Of a DNA stretch of 64,000 nucleotides, positions 28,087-37,674 are shown one piece after another. The notes under the pieces were generated by a model. It searched no databases and was not told where the DNA came from. It saw only the letters and a program-made list of their open reading frames with translations. Both the position numbers and the translations under genes were made by a program. Origin of the DNA: Bacteroidales bacterium (GTDB lineage: Bacteria; Bacteroidota; Bacteroidia; Bacteroidales; FEN-979); contig JAUXWT010000085.1 in NCBI GenBank assembly GCA_030681475.1, positions 4,226 to 68,225 on the forward strand. Direction: 5' to 3'. How positions within the stretch are numbered: the first letter of the stretch is position 1; each line of letters begins with the position of its first letter.

Positions 28087-29598
28087 ATGAGTATTCTGAC
28101 ACTTTTTATCATCATACCGGTTCTCACGATAATTGGTATTTTATTCAGCAAGTCCCATATGCAGGTGAAATGGGTCTCGGTGGTGGGGATGAGTCTCCAG
28201 TTGCTGGCGGCCATTGCACTGATCCTGCTCTATCTGGCTGAACGCAGGGCCGGCAATATGGCCGAAGTACTTTTCGTACAGGATAACGTATGGTACGAAA
28301 CCCTCAACATCCACTTTTACCTGGGTGTGGATGGCGTTTCTGTCGCGATGATCGGGTTGACCGCCCTTGTTGTTTTTGCCGGAATCTTTGCCAGTTGGGA
28401 TATCGTAGATCTTCCACGAGAGTTTTTCACTTCATTGATCCTTCTGGCCTCAGGAGTCTTTGGGTTTTTTATCTCGCTCGACCTCTTTACCATGTTCCTC
28501 TTTTACGAACTTGCTGTAATCCCGATGTACCTGTTGATCGGAATCTGGGGAAGCGGTCCTCGCCATTATTCAGCCATGAAGCTGACCCTGATGCTGATGG
28601 GGGGCTCGGCCTTTATCCTTTTGGGGATGCTCGGCCTTTACTTTAACTCTGCCCCCGACGGAGGCCCATTGACCTTTGATCTGATAAAAATCTCAAAACA
28701 ACATATTCCGATCAATGTACAGCTTTTCCTCTTTCCATTCCTTTTTGTGGGATTTGGTGTACTTGGCGCCTTGTTCCCGTTCCACACATGGTCGCCCGAC
28801 GGCCACGCCTCGGCGCCTACTGCCGTTTCAATGCTTCACGCCGGGGTGTTGATGAAGCTTGGCGGTTATGGTTGTTACCGTGTTGCCGTATTCCTTCTTC
28901 CGGAGGCATCGCATCAGTTGGGCTGGATATTCCTGATCCTGGCAACAATCGGAGTCATTTATGGCGCGCTCGGAGCCATCTGGCAGAAAGACCTGAAATA
29001 TATCAACGCCTATTCCTCGGTGAGCCATTGCGCGCTGGTGCTCTTTGCCATCCTGATGTTCAATCAGACTTCTATGAACGGAGCCATCATGCAGATGATC
29101 TCACACGGCATCATGACAGCCCTTTTCTTTGCCCTCATCGGAATGATTTACGGACGAACACACACCCGCTTCATCAATGAGATGGGCGGGTTGATGAAAG
29201 TAATGCCATTCCTGGCCGTTGCTTATGTTATTGCCGGTCTTGCCTCGCTCGGTCTTCCCGGATTCAGCGGCTTTGTAGCTGAGATGACCATTTTTGTAGG
29301 CGCATTTCAGAATGTCGATACATTCCATCGTGTTGCCACCATCATTGCGGCCTCCTCCATCGTGGTCACCGCGGTGTATGTGCTCAGGGTGGTGGGCACC
29401 CTGTTGCTTGGAAAAATTAAGAACGAACAATTTGAAACCATTACGGATGCCAAATGGTTTGATAAAATGAGCGTGGTGGCCCTGATTTTCGGAATAACCC
29501 TGATCGGGATGGCGCCGCTCTGGCTATCAGATATGATTAATGGAGGCCTGGGCCCCATCATGCAAAAGTTGCTGGCGGCAGCGCCGGGATTGAATTAG
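28087..29598 (+). CDS. nuoM: NADH-quinone oxidoreductase subunit M
   Basis: 503 aa antiporter-like subunit with FYELAVIPMYLLIGIWG. Confidence 0.9.
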   Translation: MSILTLFIIIPVLTIIGILFSKSHMQVKWVSVVGMSLQLLAAIALILLYLAERRAGNMAEVLFVQDNVWYETLNIHFYLGVDGVSVAMIGLTALVVFAGIFASWDIVDLPREFFTSLILLASGVFGFFISLDLFTMFLFYELAVIPMYLLIGIWGSGPRHYSAMKLTLMLMGGSAFILLGMLGLYFNSAPDGGPLTFDLIKISKQHIPINVQLFLFPFLFVGFGVLGALFPFHTWSPDGHASAPTAVSMLHAGVLMKLGGYGCYRVAVFLLPEASHQLGWIFLILATIGVIYGALGAIWQKDLKYINAYSSVSHCALVLFAILMFNQTSMNGAIMQMISHGIMTALFFALIGMIYGRTHTRFINEMGGLMKVMPFLAVAYVIAGLASLGLPGFSGFVAEMTIFVGAFQNVDTFHRVATIIAASSIVVTAVYVLRVVGTLLLGKIKNEQFETITDAKWFDKMSVVALIFGITLIGMAPLWLSDMINGGLGPIMQKLLAAAPGLN

Positions 29599-29646
29599 AC
29601 CCCACCCCAACCCCTCCCCCTTGGGGGAGGGGCCAGGGGAGGGGTG
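29599..29646. repeat. G/C-tract imperfect palindrome of the same family, nuoM-nuoN intercistronic
   Basis: ACCCCACCCCAACCCCTCCCCC-TT-GGGGGAGGGGCCAGGGGAGGGGTG. The inner 10-bp stem is perfect. It starts right after the nuoM stop. Confidence 0.85.
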
Positions 29647-29669
29647 AAAACCTTTAAAACTAACACACA

Positions 29670-31079
29670 ATGCTGATAATGAGACATGAATTGCTGCTGA
29701 TCGCCATCACAGTGATCTTATTGATTGTCGAAATATTTCTGCCCAACACACAGAAACACAAGATCATTTTACCGGCAATTCTTTTAATGGCTGCCGTAAC
29801 GGTAATCGGGTTTTTTCCAGGCACCCCAGGCGTTCTGTTTGGTGGAATGTTCCAATCAACTCAACTGACCATGATGTTCAAAAACATTCTGAACATCGGT
29901 GTGCTGATCGTTTTTATTCAGTCTGTTGATTGGCTGAAACAAGACCAGAACAAGGAAAAGATCAGTGAGTTTTTCCTGCTGATGCTTGCCACCCTGATCG
30001 GGATGAACTATATGATCTCATCCGGCGATTTTCTGATGTTTTACATTGGCCTCGAACTGGCTACCATACCGGTTGCCGCATTGGCAGCTTTTGAACGCCT
30101 GAAAGAAAAGTCGGCGGAAGCAGGGGTAAAGCTGATCTTTTCATCTGCGCTTTCATCCGGGATCTTATTGTATGGCTTATCCATGATCTATGGCACGACC
30201 GGAACGATGTATTTTGCCGATGTCGCCCCGCTCATTACCGGTGTACCACTGCAGGTGCTTGCCTTTATTTTCTTCTTTGCCGGGATGGCGTTTAAAATTT
30301 CACTCGTGCCGTTCCACCTCTGGACTGCTGATGTTTACGAAGGCGCCCCTGTAAACGTTACTTCGTATCTTTCTGTAATCTCCAAAGGAGCCGCTGTTTT
30401 TATTTTTACGATCATTCTTTACACTGTTTTTTCGAAGATTGCCGTGATGTGGAGTGATTTAATCTATGTGGTTACCATCCTCACCATCACCGTGGGTAAC
30501 CTGTTTGCCTTGCGTCAGCAAAACCTCAAACGGTTCCTCGCATTTTCATCCATTGCCCAGGCAGGTTTCATCCTGTTGGGTGTTATCGGTCAAAGCCAGC
30601 TCGGGATGACCACAGTTATCTATTTTGTTCTGGTATATATCTTCTCAAACCTGGGCGCATTTGGCGTGGTTGGGATCATCTCGAACCGTACCGGTAAAGA
30701 GAATATCAATGATTATGACGGACTATACCGCACCAACCCCAACCTCAGCCTGGTCATGATGCTTGCGCTTTTTTCTCTGGCAGGCATTCCGCCCCTGGCA
30801 GGATTTTTTGGGAAGTTTTTCCTTTTCACCGCCGCGGCGAAACAAGGATATTACATCCTGGTGCTTATTGCCCTGATCAATACCATCATCTCGCTATATT
30901 ATTATTTATTGGTTATCAAGGCCATGTTGCTGAATAACAGCGACCACCCTATTGCAAAGATCAGGAGCGACAATTATACGCGCCTGGGCCTGCTCATTTG
31001 TGTTGCCGGCATGGTGATCATTGGTTTTACCAGCTCTATTTATGAAATGGTATTCAACCTCAGTTTTGGTTTGTATTAA
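29670..31079 (+). CDS. nuoN: NADH-quinone oxidoreductase subunit N
   Basis: 469 aa antiporter-like subunit, last gene of the operon. Confidence 0.9.
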   Translation: MLIMRHELLLIAITVILLIVEIFLPNTQKHKIILPAILLMAAVTVIGFFPGTPGVLFGGMFQSTQLTMMFKNILNIGVLIVFIQSVDWLKQDQNKEKISEFFLLMLATLIGMNYMISSGDFLMFYIGLELATIPVAALAAFERLKEKSAEAGVKLIFSSALSSGILLYGLSMIYGTTGTMYFADVAPLITGVPLQVLAFIFFFAGMAFKISLVPFHLWTADVYEGAPVNVTSYLSVISKGAAVFIFTIILYTVFSKIAVMWSDLIYVVTILTITVGNLFALRQQNLKRFLAFSSIAQAGFILLGVIGQSQLGMTTVIYFVLVYIFSNLGAFGVVGIISNRTGKENINDYDGLYRTNPNLSLVMMLALFSLAGIPPLAGFFGKFFLFTAAAKQGYYILVLIALINTIISLYYYLLVIKAMLLNNSDHPIAKIRSDNYTRLGLLICVAGMVIIGFTSSIYEMVFNLSFGLY

Positions 31080-31102
31080 TTTCCAGTTTAATGACCCGTG
31101 AT

Positions 31103-31134
31103 GTGTCGAGACACATTGCAATGTGTCTCGACAC
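31103..31134 (+). terminator. Strong hairpin (14-bp perfect stem GTGTCGAGACACAT / ATGTGTCTCGACAC, TGCA loop) after nuoN
   Basis: Read directly, 24 nt after the nuoN stop. There is no clear U-tract. Confidence 0.5.
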
Positions 31135-31151
31135 TTGAATAATAAAACAAT

Positions 31152-31481
31152 ATGGCAAATTTAAAAGGTAAACACAATGTAACCGAGATAGAAGGCATAC
31201 GTTGCACCGTGATTGAAACAGGAGCCAGCCATGAACGTGCTGAGTTCTTGAAAAACCTGCTTGCTTTCAACGGATGTGAGGTAAAAGTTGAGCGTGAAAA
31301 GGCAAAGGATGGCGCCGAACTTGAAACCTTTATTGTCGGAATAACAGATATTCTTTATAATCCAATGATCGCGCTCTTCGAAAAAAAGCTTATCAGAAAA
31401 GATGGCCTGACAGTTACGCCTGCTTACTGGAATCAATGGCAGGAAGATAATACACTGCCATACTGGAAGGTTCAGCGGTAG
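31152..31481 (+). CDS. Hypothetical protein (109 aa)
   Basis: Clean ORF with coding-like composition. No family recognised. Confidence 0.45.
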   Translation: MANLKGKHNVTEIEGIRCTVIETGASHERAEFLKNLLAFNGCEVKVEREKAKDGAELETFIVGITDILYNPMIALFEKKLIRKDGLTVTPAYWNQWQEDNTLPYWKVQR

Positions 31482-31486
31482 CCATC

Positions 31487-31684
31487 ATGCGAAAATTCGC
31501 CAAATATTTCTCCTGGTTTGTTATACTGTTGTATTTCGCTCTTGGAGTTTTTGTACTCGTCAGTCCCCGGTTTCAAAACCTCTCCAGGGAAATACGCATC
31601 ATTTTTGCCATATTCCTTTTCCTGTATGGAGGCTTCCGGATGGCCCGTCTTTGGACTAAGAACCGAGAGAGAGACGAGGAATAA
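31487..31684 (+). CDS. Small membrane protein (65 aa, two hydrophobic helices)
   Basis: WFVILLYFALGVFVLV and IFAIFLFLYGGF segments. It starts 5 nt after the preceding ORF. Confidence 0.35.
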   Translation: MRKFAKYFSWFVILLYFALGVFVLVSPRFQNLSREIRIIFAIFLFLYGGFRMARLWTKNRERDEE

Positions 31685-31748
31685 ATATTTAAAAGGCAAT
31701 AATAATTTTATTAAATTTGTGTTTTTCTAATCTCTTTCGGGGTTAGTT

Positions 31749-31809
31749 CCCCGCCGCTTGCGGCGAATGAAAATAATTCCCGATGATACCCCGCTGCTCT
31801 GCGGCGGGG
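31749..31809 (+). repeat. Two related CG-rich hairpin units (CCCCGCCGC-TTG-CGGCG and CCCCGCTGC-TCT-GCGGCGGGG)
   Basis: Read directly. The second unit forms a 9-bp stem (one G-U pair) ending 8 nt before the TTG start of the next gene. The 5' CCCCGCCGC could alternatively pair with the distal GCGGCGGGG. Confidence 0.6.
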
Positions 31810-31816
31810 AGGTTCA

Positions 31817-32806
31817 TTGAATCAATTGATTTTAAGCGTAAAAGCGGTGAAAATCATCAACAGATATATTACATATGTTTTATCTTTTGCTTGCATAGGT
31901 TTGATCCTGTTGCTTGATTCATGCGGCGGTGGTTCCAACCAGAAAAACACGGATACACCTACCTCTGGCAGGATCAAGGTTGGTGTTGATGATTCGTATC
32001 GGTTGCTTGTTGAGGCGGAAATGTTCACTTTCGAGGCAATATACAAGTACACCAGCATAGACCCCATCTATAATACAGAAGCCGATGTGATCAATGATTT
32101 CATGAATGATTCCGTTCCGATGATCATTGTAAACCGGGAATTATCTGACCAGCAGGTTGCATATCTCAGGGAACGGCAATATATTCCGAAAACGATAAAA
32201 GTCGCCATCGACGCAGTGGCATTTATTGTGAACAATGACAATCCCGATACGGCGTTGTTTTATCAGACCGTAAAGGAAATATTTGAGGGTAAAATAACAT
32301 CCTGGGATCAAATCAATAATAAATCGAGGCTAAAAGAGCTGAAAGTTGTTTTTGACAATTTCAAATCAGGCAACCCAAGGTATTTAAAAGAAAAATTTGA
32401 ATTAGATTCGTTCCCGCCTTCATGTTTTGCCGCAAAGAACAATGCCGATGTCATCAATTATGTCGAAAAAAACATCAACGCCATTGGGGTGATCAGCGTT
32501 AACTGGATCAGCGACCCGGCCGATTCCGTTTCACACAACTTTCTGAAGCGCTTTAAGGTGGTGGGTATCGCCCTAGAAGGGGACAATAATCCCGGAACTA
32601 AATTTTACCGGCCTTTTCCGGGATACATTGCGGAAAGATCATATCCATTTACGCGTGAAGTTTATTGCATTAACCGTCAGTCATATACCGGCCTGGCGCA
32701 TGGTTTTTCGTCATTTATCGCAGGGGAAAAGGGACAGTTTATTGTCCTCCGTTCTGGCATGGTTCCTGCTGCAATGCCGGTAAGGTTAATTGAACTTAAA
32801 CGTTAA
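31817..32806 (+). CDS. PstS-family/PBP-like substrate-binding lipoprotein (first gene of the Bacteroidota TonB-ExbBD cluster)
   Basis: Lipobox LLLDSCGG and a type-2 periplasmic-binding-protein fold pattern. The track start is TTG at 31817. An in-frame GTG at 31847 is an alternative start. Confidence 0.65.
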   Translation: MNQLILSVKAVKIINRYITYVLSFACIGLILLLDSCGGGSNQKNTDTPTSGRIKVGVDDSYRLLVEAEMFTFEAIYKYTSIDPIYNTEADVINDFMNDSVPMIIVNRELSDQQVAYLRERQYIPKTIKVAIDAVAFIVNNDNPDTALFYQTVKEIFEGKITSWDQINNKSRLKELKVVFDNFKSGNPRYLKEKFELDSFPPSCFAAKNNADVINYVEKNINAIGVISVNWISDPADSVSHNFLKRFKVVGIALEGDNNPGTKFYRPFPGYIAERSYPFTREVYCINRQSYTGLAHGFSSFIAGEKGQFIVLRSGMVPAAMPVRLIELKR

Positions 32807-32815
32807 ATAAAAGAG

Positions 32816-34537
32816 ATGCCTATTATGTCCAGAGTTACTAAATCAGCTTGTATCGTTGTCACGTTGCTGTTCTTTTCACCTTTTACAGCTAAGGTGTTTT
32901 CGCAGGATATGAAAGCGGCCATCAGGCTCACAAAAAGCGAACAGTTTAATGCAGCGGCCTCGTCATTCAAACAATTGATACAGCAAATGCCTGCCAATGG
33001 TGATAACTACTATTATTATGGCCGTAATTGCCTGGAAAAATTTTATTCCGACACACTCAGTGTCTCATTTGTTGAAAAGGCCGATTCGGCGAAAGCCATT
33101 TTTGAACTGGGGATCAGGCAGGATCCGTCAAATCCGATTAATTTAGTAGGACTGGGCGGCCTGAAGCTGATTAAAAAAGATCTTCCGGGAGCAAAGGCTG
33201 AATTCGACAAGGTGGTGGCTCTGTTTCCTTCCCGGGCAAATAAAGCGATCAAAATGACGCCTGAACGACAGGCGAAAATTCTTATCCAGATGGCCGAGGC
33301 TTATGTTATTGCCAAAGTACGAGATACAACCACAGTTTTTGACTTCCTTCGCCAGGCCGAAAAACTTGATAAAAAAAACCCGGAACTCTATATCATAAAG
33401 GGCGATGTTTATTTCTATCTGCTGAATGACGGGTCAAAAGCCATCACCAACTACAACATTGCCCAGGGGCTTGACCCAAATTCGCCGGAAGCGAAACTAC
33501 GCGTCGGACAACTGTGGCTCAGGGCGCGACAATATACAACAGCCCTTAATTATTACCAGGAAGTTGTAAAAATGGACTCGATGTTTGCGCCGGCATACCG
33601 CGAACTTGGTTCATTGCTCTCCCGCGCCGGACGGCAGGAAGAGGCCAAGATAAATTTTTATAAATTTCTTGAACTTTCCCGGAATATCGCAGCCCGCAAA
33701 CAGTTTGTAAATACGCTGATTGATTTGAATGACTATCCCGAAGCCATCCACCAACTTAACGAGATCCTGAAGGTAGAGGACACGGACAATGATGTAAACA
33801 GGGCGCTTGCATATTGTTATTATGAGACCCAGGAATACGAAAAGGGACTGATGTACATACAAAAGTTTATTTCCAATGCACAACCGGAGAAGATCAGGTC
33901 GCTCGATTATACCTATCATGGTCGGTTGCTTGCCAAAACCAGACAGGACTCACTTGCATCTGTGCAATTGATGACCGCTTATGAACTGGACACCTCCAAG
34001 GTTGATCTTATTTCTGAGGCTGCCGCCAGTTTAACCAGAAATAAGAGTTATGAAAAAGCCCGCGATCTGTATGAACAAAAAATCAACCTGAAGAAGGGAA
34101 ATTCATTGGATTATTATAACCTTGGAAAAATATATTATACACTTCAGGATTACGTGAAGGCAGATACAAACCTTGCAATTTTTGTTGAAATGCAGCCTGA
34201 TTATATTCCAGGCTTCGCATGGCGTGCCCGCACAAAATCAAATCTTGACGAAAAAGACACCAAAGGGTTGAATATAACAGGATATGCGGTACCTGTTTAT
34301 GAAGGCCTGATAGAAAAAACCCAGTCCGACACAGTGAAATACATGAAAGAACGGTTTGAATCGTTCGATTACCTGGCATATTACCATTACAGCCAGTTTT
34401 CCCGTGATCAAAAAAACAAGGATGAAGCCGAAAAGGCATTGGGCTACTATATGAGAATGATCATTGTGAACCCAAATGATGAAAAAGTGGCGGTCGTGAA
34501 GCCCGTCATTGATATGCTGAAACAAAAGATCAAGTAG
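32816..34537 (+). CDS. Tetratricopeptide-repeat protein
   Basis: 573 aa, signal peptide, repeated A..Y....L..DP....A TPR units. Confidence 0.7.
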   Translation: MPIMSRVTKSACIVVTLLFFSPFTAKVFSQDMKAAIRLTKSEQFNAAASSFKQLIQQMPANGDNYYYYGRNCLEKFYSDTLSVSFVEKADSAKAIFELGIRQDPSNPINLVGLGGLKLIKKDLPGAKAEFDKVVALFPSRANKAIKMTPERQAKILIQMAEAYVIAKVRDTTTVFDFLRQAEKLDKKNPELYIIKGDVYFYLLNDGSKAITNYNIAQGLDPNSPEAKLRVGQLWLRARQYTTALNYYQEVVKMDSMFAPAYRELGSLLSRAGRQEEAKINFYKFLELSRNIAARKQFVNTLIDLNDYPEAIHQLNEILKVEDTDNDVNRALAYCYYETQEYEKGLMYIQKFISNAQPEKIRSLDYTYHGRLLAKTRQDSLASVQLMTAYELDTSKVDLISEAAASLTRNKSYEKARDLYEQKINLKKGNSLDYYNLGKIYYTLQDYVKADTNLAIFVEMQPDYIPGFAWRARTKSNLDEKDTKGLNITGYAVPVYEGLIEKTQSDTVKYMKERFESFDYLAYYHYSQFSRDQKNKDEAEKALGYYMRMIIVNPNDEKVAVVKPVIDMLKQKIK

Positions 34538-34635
34538 CAGCCATTTGATTTACCAATTTTTTTTATAACTTTGTAAGCCTTTTTAAACCGAAAATCCAAT
34601 AATTCATTCAAAATTTAATCTAAAACTATTTAACG

Positions 34636-35457
34636 ATGAGCAAGACAAGCAGCAAAGGCGGAGCATTGGGTGAAGCCTTAAGGTCAGTGTTTACAGTGGG
34701 CGTTATTATACTATCATTCGCCATTTCGTGGGTTATATACAAATACGTGTTCGGTAATCCACTGTTTTTTGAGGGAGGCAACCCCGAAGGTCACCCGCTT
34801 CCTGGCAATTATCTCGCCATTATTTATAAAGGGGGCGTTGTTGTTCCTTTTCTGATCACACTAAATCTTATCGTGATCGTTTTTGCCTTTGAACGTGGTT
34901 TCACTCTGTTCCGGGCCAAAGGAAAAGGCAGGATCAATGTATTCGTGAAGGGACTCCAGAATGATCTAAACAACAACAAAATCGAAGACGCAATTGTTTC
35001 ATGCGATAAACAAAGAGGTTCTTTGGCCAATGTCATGAAAGCCGGCTTGCTTCGCTACCGTGCACTGCAAAACGATGTCACCCTCGAAAAAGATCAGAAA
35101 ATCCTAGCGCTTCAAAAAGAGTTCGAAGAGGCCTCTGCATTAGAGCTTCCAATGCTGTCACGCAATTTGGTCATCATTTCCACCATCGCCTCTATCTCCG
35201 TTTTAACCGGTCTGATGGGAACAGTTATCGGAATGATCAAGGCCTTCGGCGCCCTTGCACAAGCAGGCGCCCCTGATGCCCTTGCCCTGGCAAATGGTAT
35301 CTCCGAGGCGCTGATCAACACAGCATTTGGTATTTTTGGCTCATTACTGGCGATTATTTTTTACAACTTTTTCTCTACCCAGATTGATAACTTCACCTAT
35401 AAAATTGATGAGGCCGGGTTCAGCCTCGTTCAGTCATTTGCGGCGGCAACAAAGTAA
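34636..35457 (+). CDS. exbB: MotA/TolQ/ExbB proton-channel protein
   Basis: 273 aa. C-terminal GLMGTVIGMI..F.......A......ISEALINTAFG motif. Confidence 0.85.
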   Translation: MSKTSSKGGALGEALRSVFTVGVIILSFAISWVIYKYVFGNPLFFEGGNPEGHPLPGNYLAIIYKGGVVVPFLITLNLIVIVFAFERGFTLFRAKGKGRINVFVKGLQNDLNNNKIEDAIVSCDKQRGSLANVMKAGLLRYRALQNDVTLEKDQKILALQKEFEEASALELPMLSRNLVIISTIASISVLTGLMGTVIGMIKAFGALAQAGAPDALALANGISEALINTAFGIFGSLLAIIFYNFFSTQIDNFTYKIDEAGFSLVQSFAAATK

Positions 35458-35473
35458 TTAAAAAACGACTCCT

Positions 35474-36112
35474 ATGCCAAAAATTAAAGCCCCGGTAAGA
35501 ACACCACACATAGACATGACGCCTATGGTGGATTTGTTTGCTTTGCTCCTGGTTTTCTTTATTTTAACAACAACCTTCCGCCCACAGGAAGCCGCACCTA
35601 TCGAAACACCTGCCTCTGTGTCGGAAAAACAAGCCCCGGATAATGATATTATGACAATTTTCATTTCCAAAGAGGGTAAAGTGTTTTTCAGCATTGATAA
35701 CGGCAAGGACACATCCACTCATTTCAGGGAAAAATTGCTTGTAAAAATGGCAGAGCAGTATAATCTGACATTTACCCCGGCGGAACTGGATAAATTCAGC
35801 AAAATGTCATCTTTCGGAATGCCGATCAAGGACCTGAAGGGATGGATCAACGCTAAAGATTCGAAAGACCGGGATAAACTACAGGTGGGAATTCCCATGG
35901 ATTCGACCGATAACCAGTTGGCCTGGTGGGTACGTCTGGCCCGTCTGACCAATCTGGGAGCTGAAGTTGCCATTAAGGGTGATGCAGAAACGGATTATTC
36001 TGCAGTCAAGGAAGTAATGGACCTGTTGCAGGACAATAAAGTTAACAAGTTTAATCTCGTTACAAACCTTATGAAGGATGATGTCACTTTGAAGGATTTA
36101 CCCCCAAAGTAA
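35474..36112 (+). CDS. exbD: ExbD/TolR biopolymer transport protein
   Basis: N-terminal IDMTPMVDLFALLLVFFIL motif. Confidence 0.8.
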   Translation: MPKIKAPVRTPHIDMTPMVDLFALLLVFFILTTTFRPQEAAPIETPASVSEKQAPDNDIMTIFISKEGKVFFSIDNGKDTSTHFREKLLVKMAEQYNLTFTPAELDKFSKMSSFGMPIKDLKGWINAKDSKDRDKLQVGIPMDSTDNQLAWWVRLARLTNLGAEVAIKGDAETDYSAVKEVMDLLQDNKVNKFNLVTNLMKDDVTLKDLPPK

Positions 36113-36142
36113 CAAATATAAATCCCTAAAAAATAAACCAGT

Positions 36143-36781
36143 ATGGGTGAAATAATAGTTGAAGAAAAAGGGAAAAAAAGCAGTAAGCATAAACCGAAGA
36201 AACACAGCACCCGCATCGACATGACCCCCATGGTCGACCTGATGTGTTTGCTCATTACCTTCTTCATGCTCACCACGGCTTTTAGCAAGGCCAAGGTCAT
36301 GGTGATTACCATGCCCGAGAAAACGGATGAAATCGATCCAGACCGACCGGAAATTCCAAAAAACAGAACCTTGAACATCCTGCTTACGGGAGAACATAAG
36401 GTTTATTATTATATTGGAATAGCTGATCCGAAAAAACCGACAGAAATTCCTCAACTTGTCTTAACAGACTTCAGTAAAGATGGAATCCGGAAGGTCTTAT
36501 TGATCAAAAACAGGGATCTCTTTACTAAAATTGCTGAATTCCGCGACAATCGAATTACAGGAAAATTAGTTGTAGCGGATACTACTGCCGAGTCAGAGAT
36601 CAAGAGACTGAAAAAAGATGATAAAAAAGGCCCGATCGTTCTTATCAAGGCCGATGATAAGGTTAAGTATAAGGACATGGTTGACATCATCGACGAAATG
36701 GCCATTTGCAATATTGCCAGTTATGCAGTGGTTGATCCTACTCCTACAGAGTTGGAGATGTTGATGAATGCTCCCAAATAA
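36143..36781 (+). CDS. exbD: ExbD/TolR biopolymer transport protein (second copy)
   Basis: N-terminal RIDMTPMVDLMCLLITFFML motif. Confidence 0.8.
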   Translation: MGEIIVEEKGKKSSKHKPKKHSTRIDMTPMVDLMCLLITFFMLTTAFSKAKVMVITMPEKTDEIDPDRPEIPKNRTLNILLTGEHKVYYYIGIADPKKPTEIPQLVLTDFSKDGIRKVLLIKNRDLFTKIAEFRDNRITGKLVVADTTAESEIKRLKKDDKKGPIVLIKADDKVKYKDMVDIIDEMAICNIASYAVVDPTPTELEMLMNAPK

Positions 36782-36818
36782 TTTGAGATAATGTGTTTAA
36801 CACGTAAAAAAATAGTAT

Positions 36819-37601
36819 ATGGCAGTTAAAACACAGCATGTGGAGTCGCTGGAGGATATTGTTTTCAAACACAGGAACAAGGAATACGGCTCATATTACC
36901 TGCGAAAAAACTACAGGAAATTTTTGCTGACCTCTCTGATCATTGGCGTGCTTTTAATCGGGGCTGTTGTTGCCTATCCGCTGATTAACGCTTATGTTAA
37001 CAAAGAAAGGCTTGTCAAGGAAAAAGGAAAAGAGGTCGGCGTTACCATCGAATCCCTGAAACAGGAAGAAGCGCCACCTCCGCCACCACCTCCTCCGCCA
37101 CCCGAAGTAATGGCCGAAAAAGTCAAGTTCACGCCTCCGAAAGTTGTCGAAGATACGACGATTGAGGTCAGCATGGCCAGCATGGATGACCTGAATAAAA
37201 AAGTAAATGTTGAGGCGCCTTCAGAAGACATGGGGGTTGAAATAAAGGATGAAGGCCCAAAAGTAATTGAAACCCCTCAGGAACGTGAAATCTTCACTGT
37301 TGTTGAAGAACAGCCCGGCTATCCGGGTGGTGACGAGGCTCGTATTGCATTTCTGCAAAATAATATAAAATACCCCGAAGAGGCCAAGGAATTAGGTATC
37401 CAGGGAAAGGTATTCGTTACCTTTGTGGTTGAGGTTGATGGTTCTATTACCGACGTACGTGTTCTCCGAGGTATTGGAGGTGGTTGCGATACAGAGGCTA
37501 TGCGCGTGGTGAAATCGATGCCCAAATGGGTTCCCGGGAAACAGCGTGGTGTTCCGGTTCGCGTTCAATTCAACCTTCCGATCAAGTTTACGTTGCAGTA
37601 G
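36819..37601 (+). CDS. tonB: Energy transducer TonB
   Basis: N-terminal TM, a proline run (EEAPPPPPPPPPPE), and the C-terminal TonB domain (PGYPGG...GIQGKVFVTFVV..DGSI..V.V...G). Confidence 0.85.
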   Translation: MAVKTQHVESLEDIVFKHRNKEYGSYYLRKNYRKFLLTSLIIGVLLIGAVVAYPLINAYVNKERLVKEKGKEVGVTIESLKQEEAPPPPPPPPPPEVMAEKVKFTPPKVVEDTTIEVSMASMDDLNKKVNVEAPSEDMGVEIKDEGPKVIETPQEREIFTVVEEQPGYPGGDEARIAFLQNNIKYPEEAKELGIQGKVFVTFVVEVDGSITDVRVLRGIGGGCDTEAMRVVKSMPKWVPGKQRGVPVRVQFNLPIKFTLQ

Positions 37602-37640
37602 AAAAACGTGACACGTGACGCGTTACACGGGTTATCATGA

Positions 37641-37674
37641 AAAAGGCGGTTCTCCACAAGGAATCGCCTTTTTT
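37641..37674. terminator. Bidirectional rho-independent terminator between tonB and the convergent SDR gene
   Basis: AAAAGGCGGTTC-tccacaag-GAATCGCCTTTT. The 10-bp stem has one G-U pair. It is flanked by an A-run on one side and a T-run on the other. Confidence 0.6.

Noticed and set aside
31817-37601. PstS-like/TPR/ExbB/ExbD/ExbD/TonB cluster as a novel system
   Set aside because: As far as I recall, this gene order is a widely conserved Bacteroidota arrangement. Nothing atypical was seen apart from the upstream hairpins, which are reported separately.
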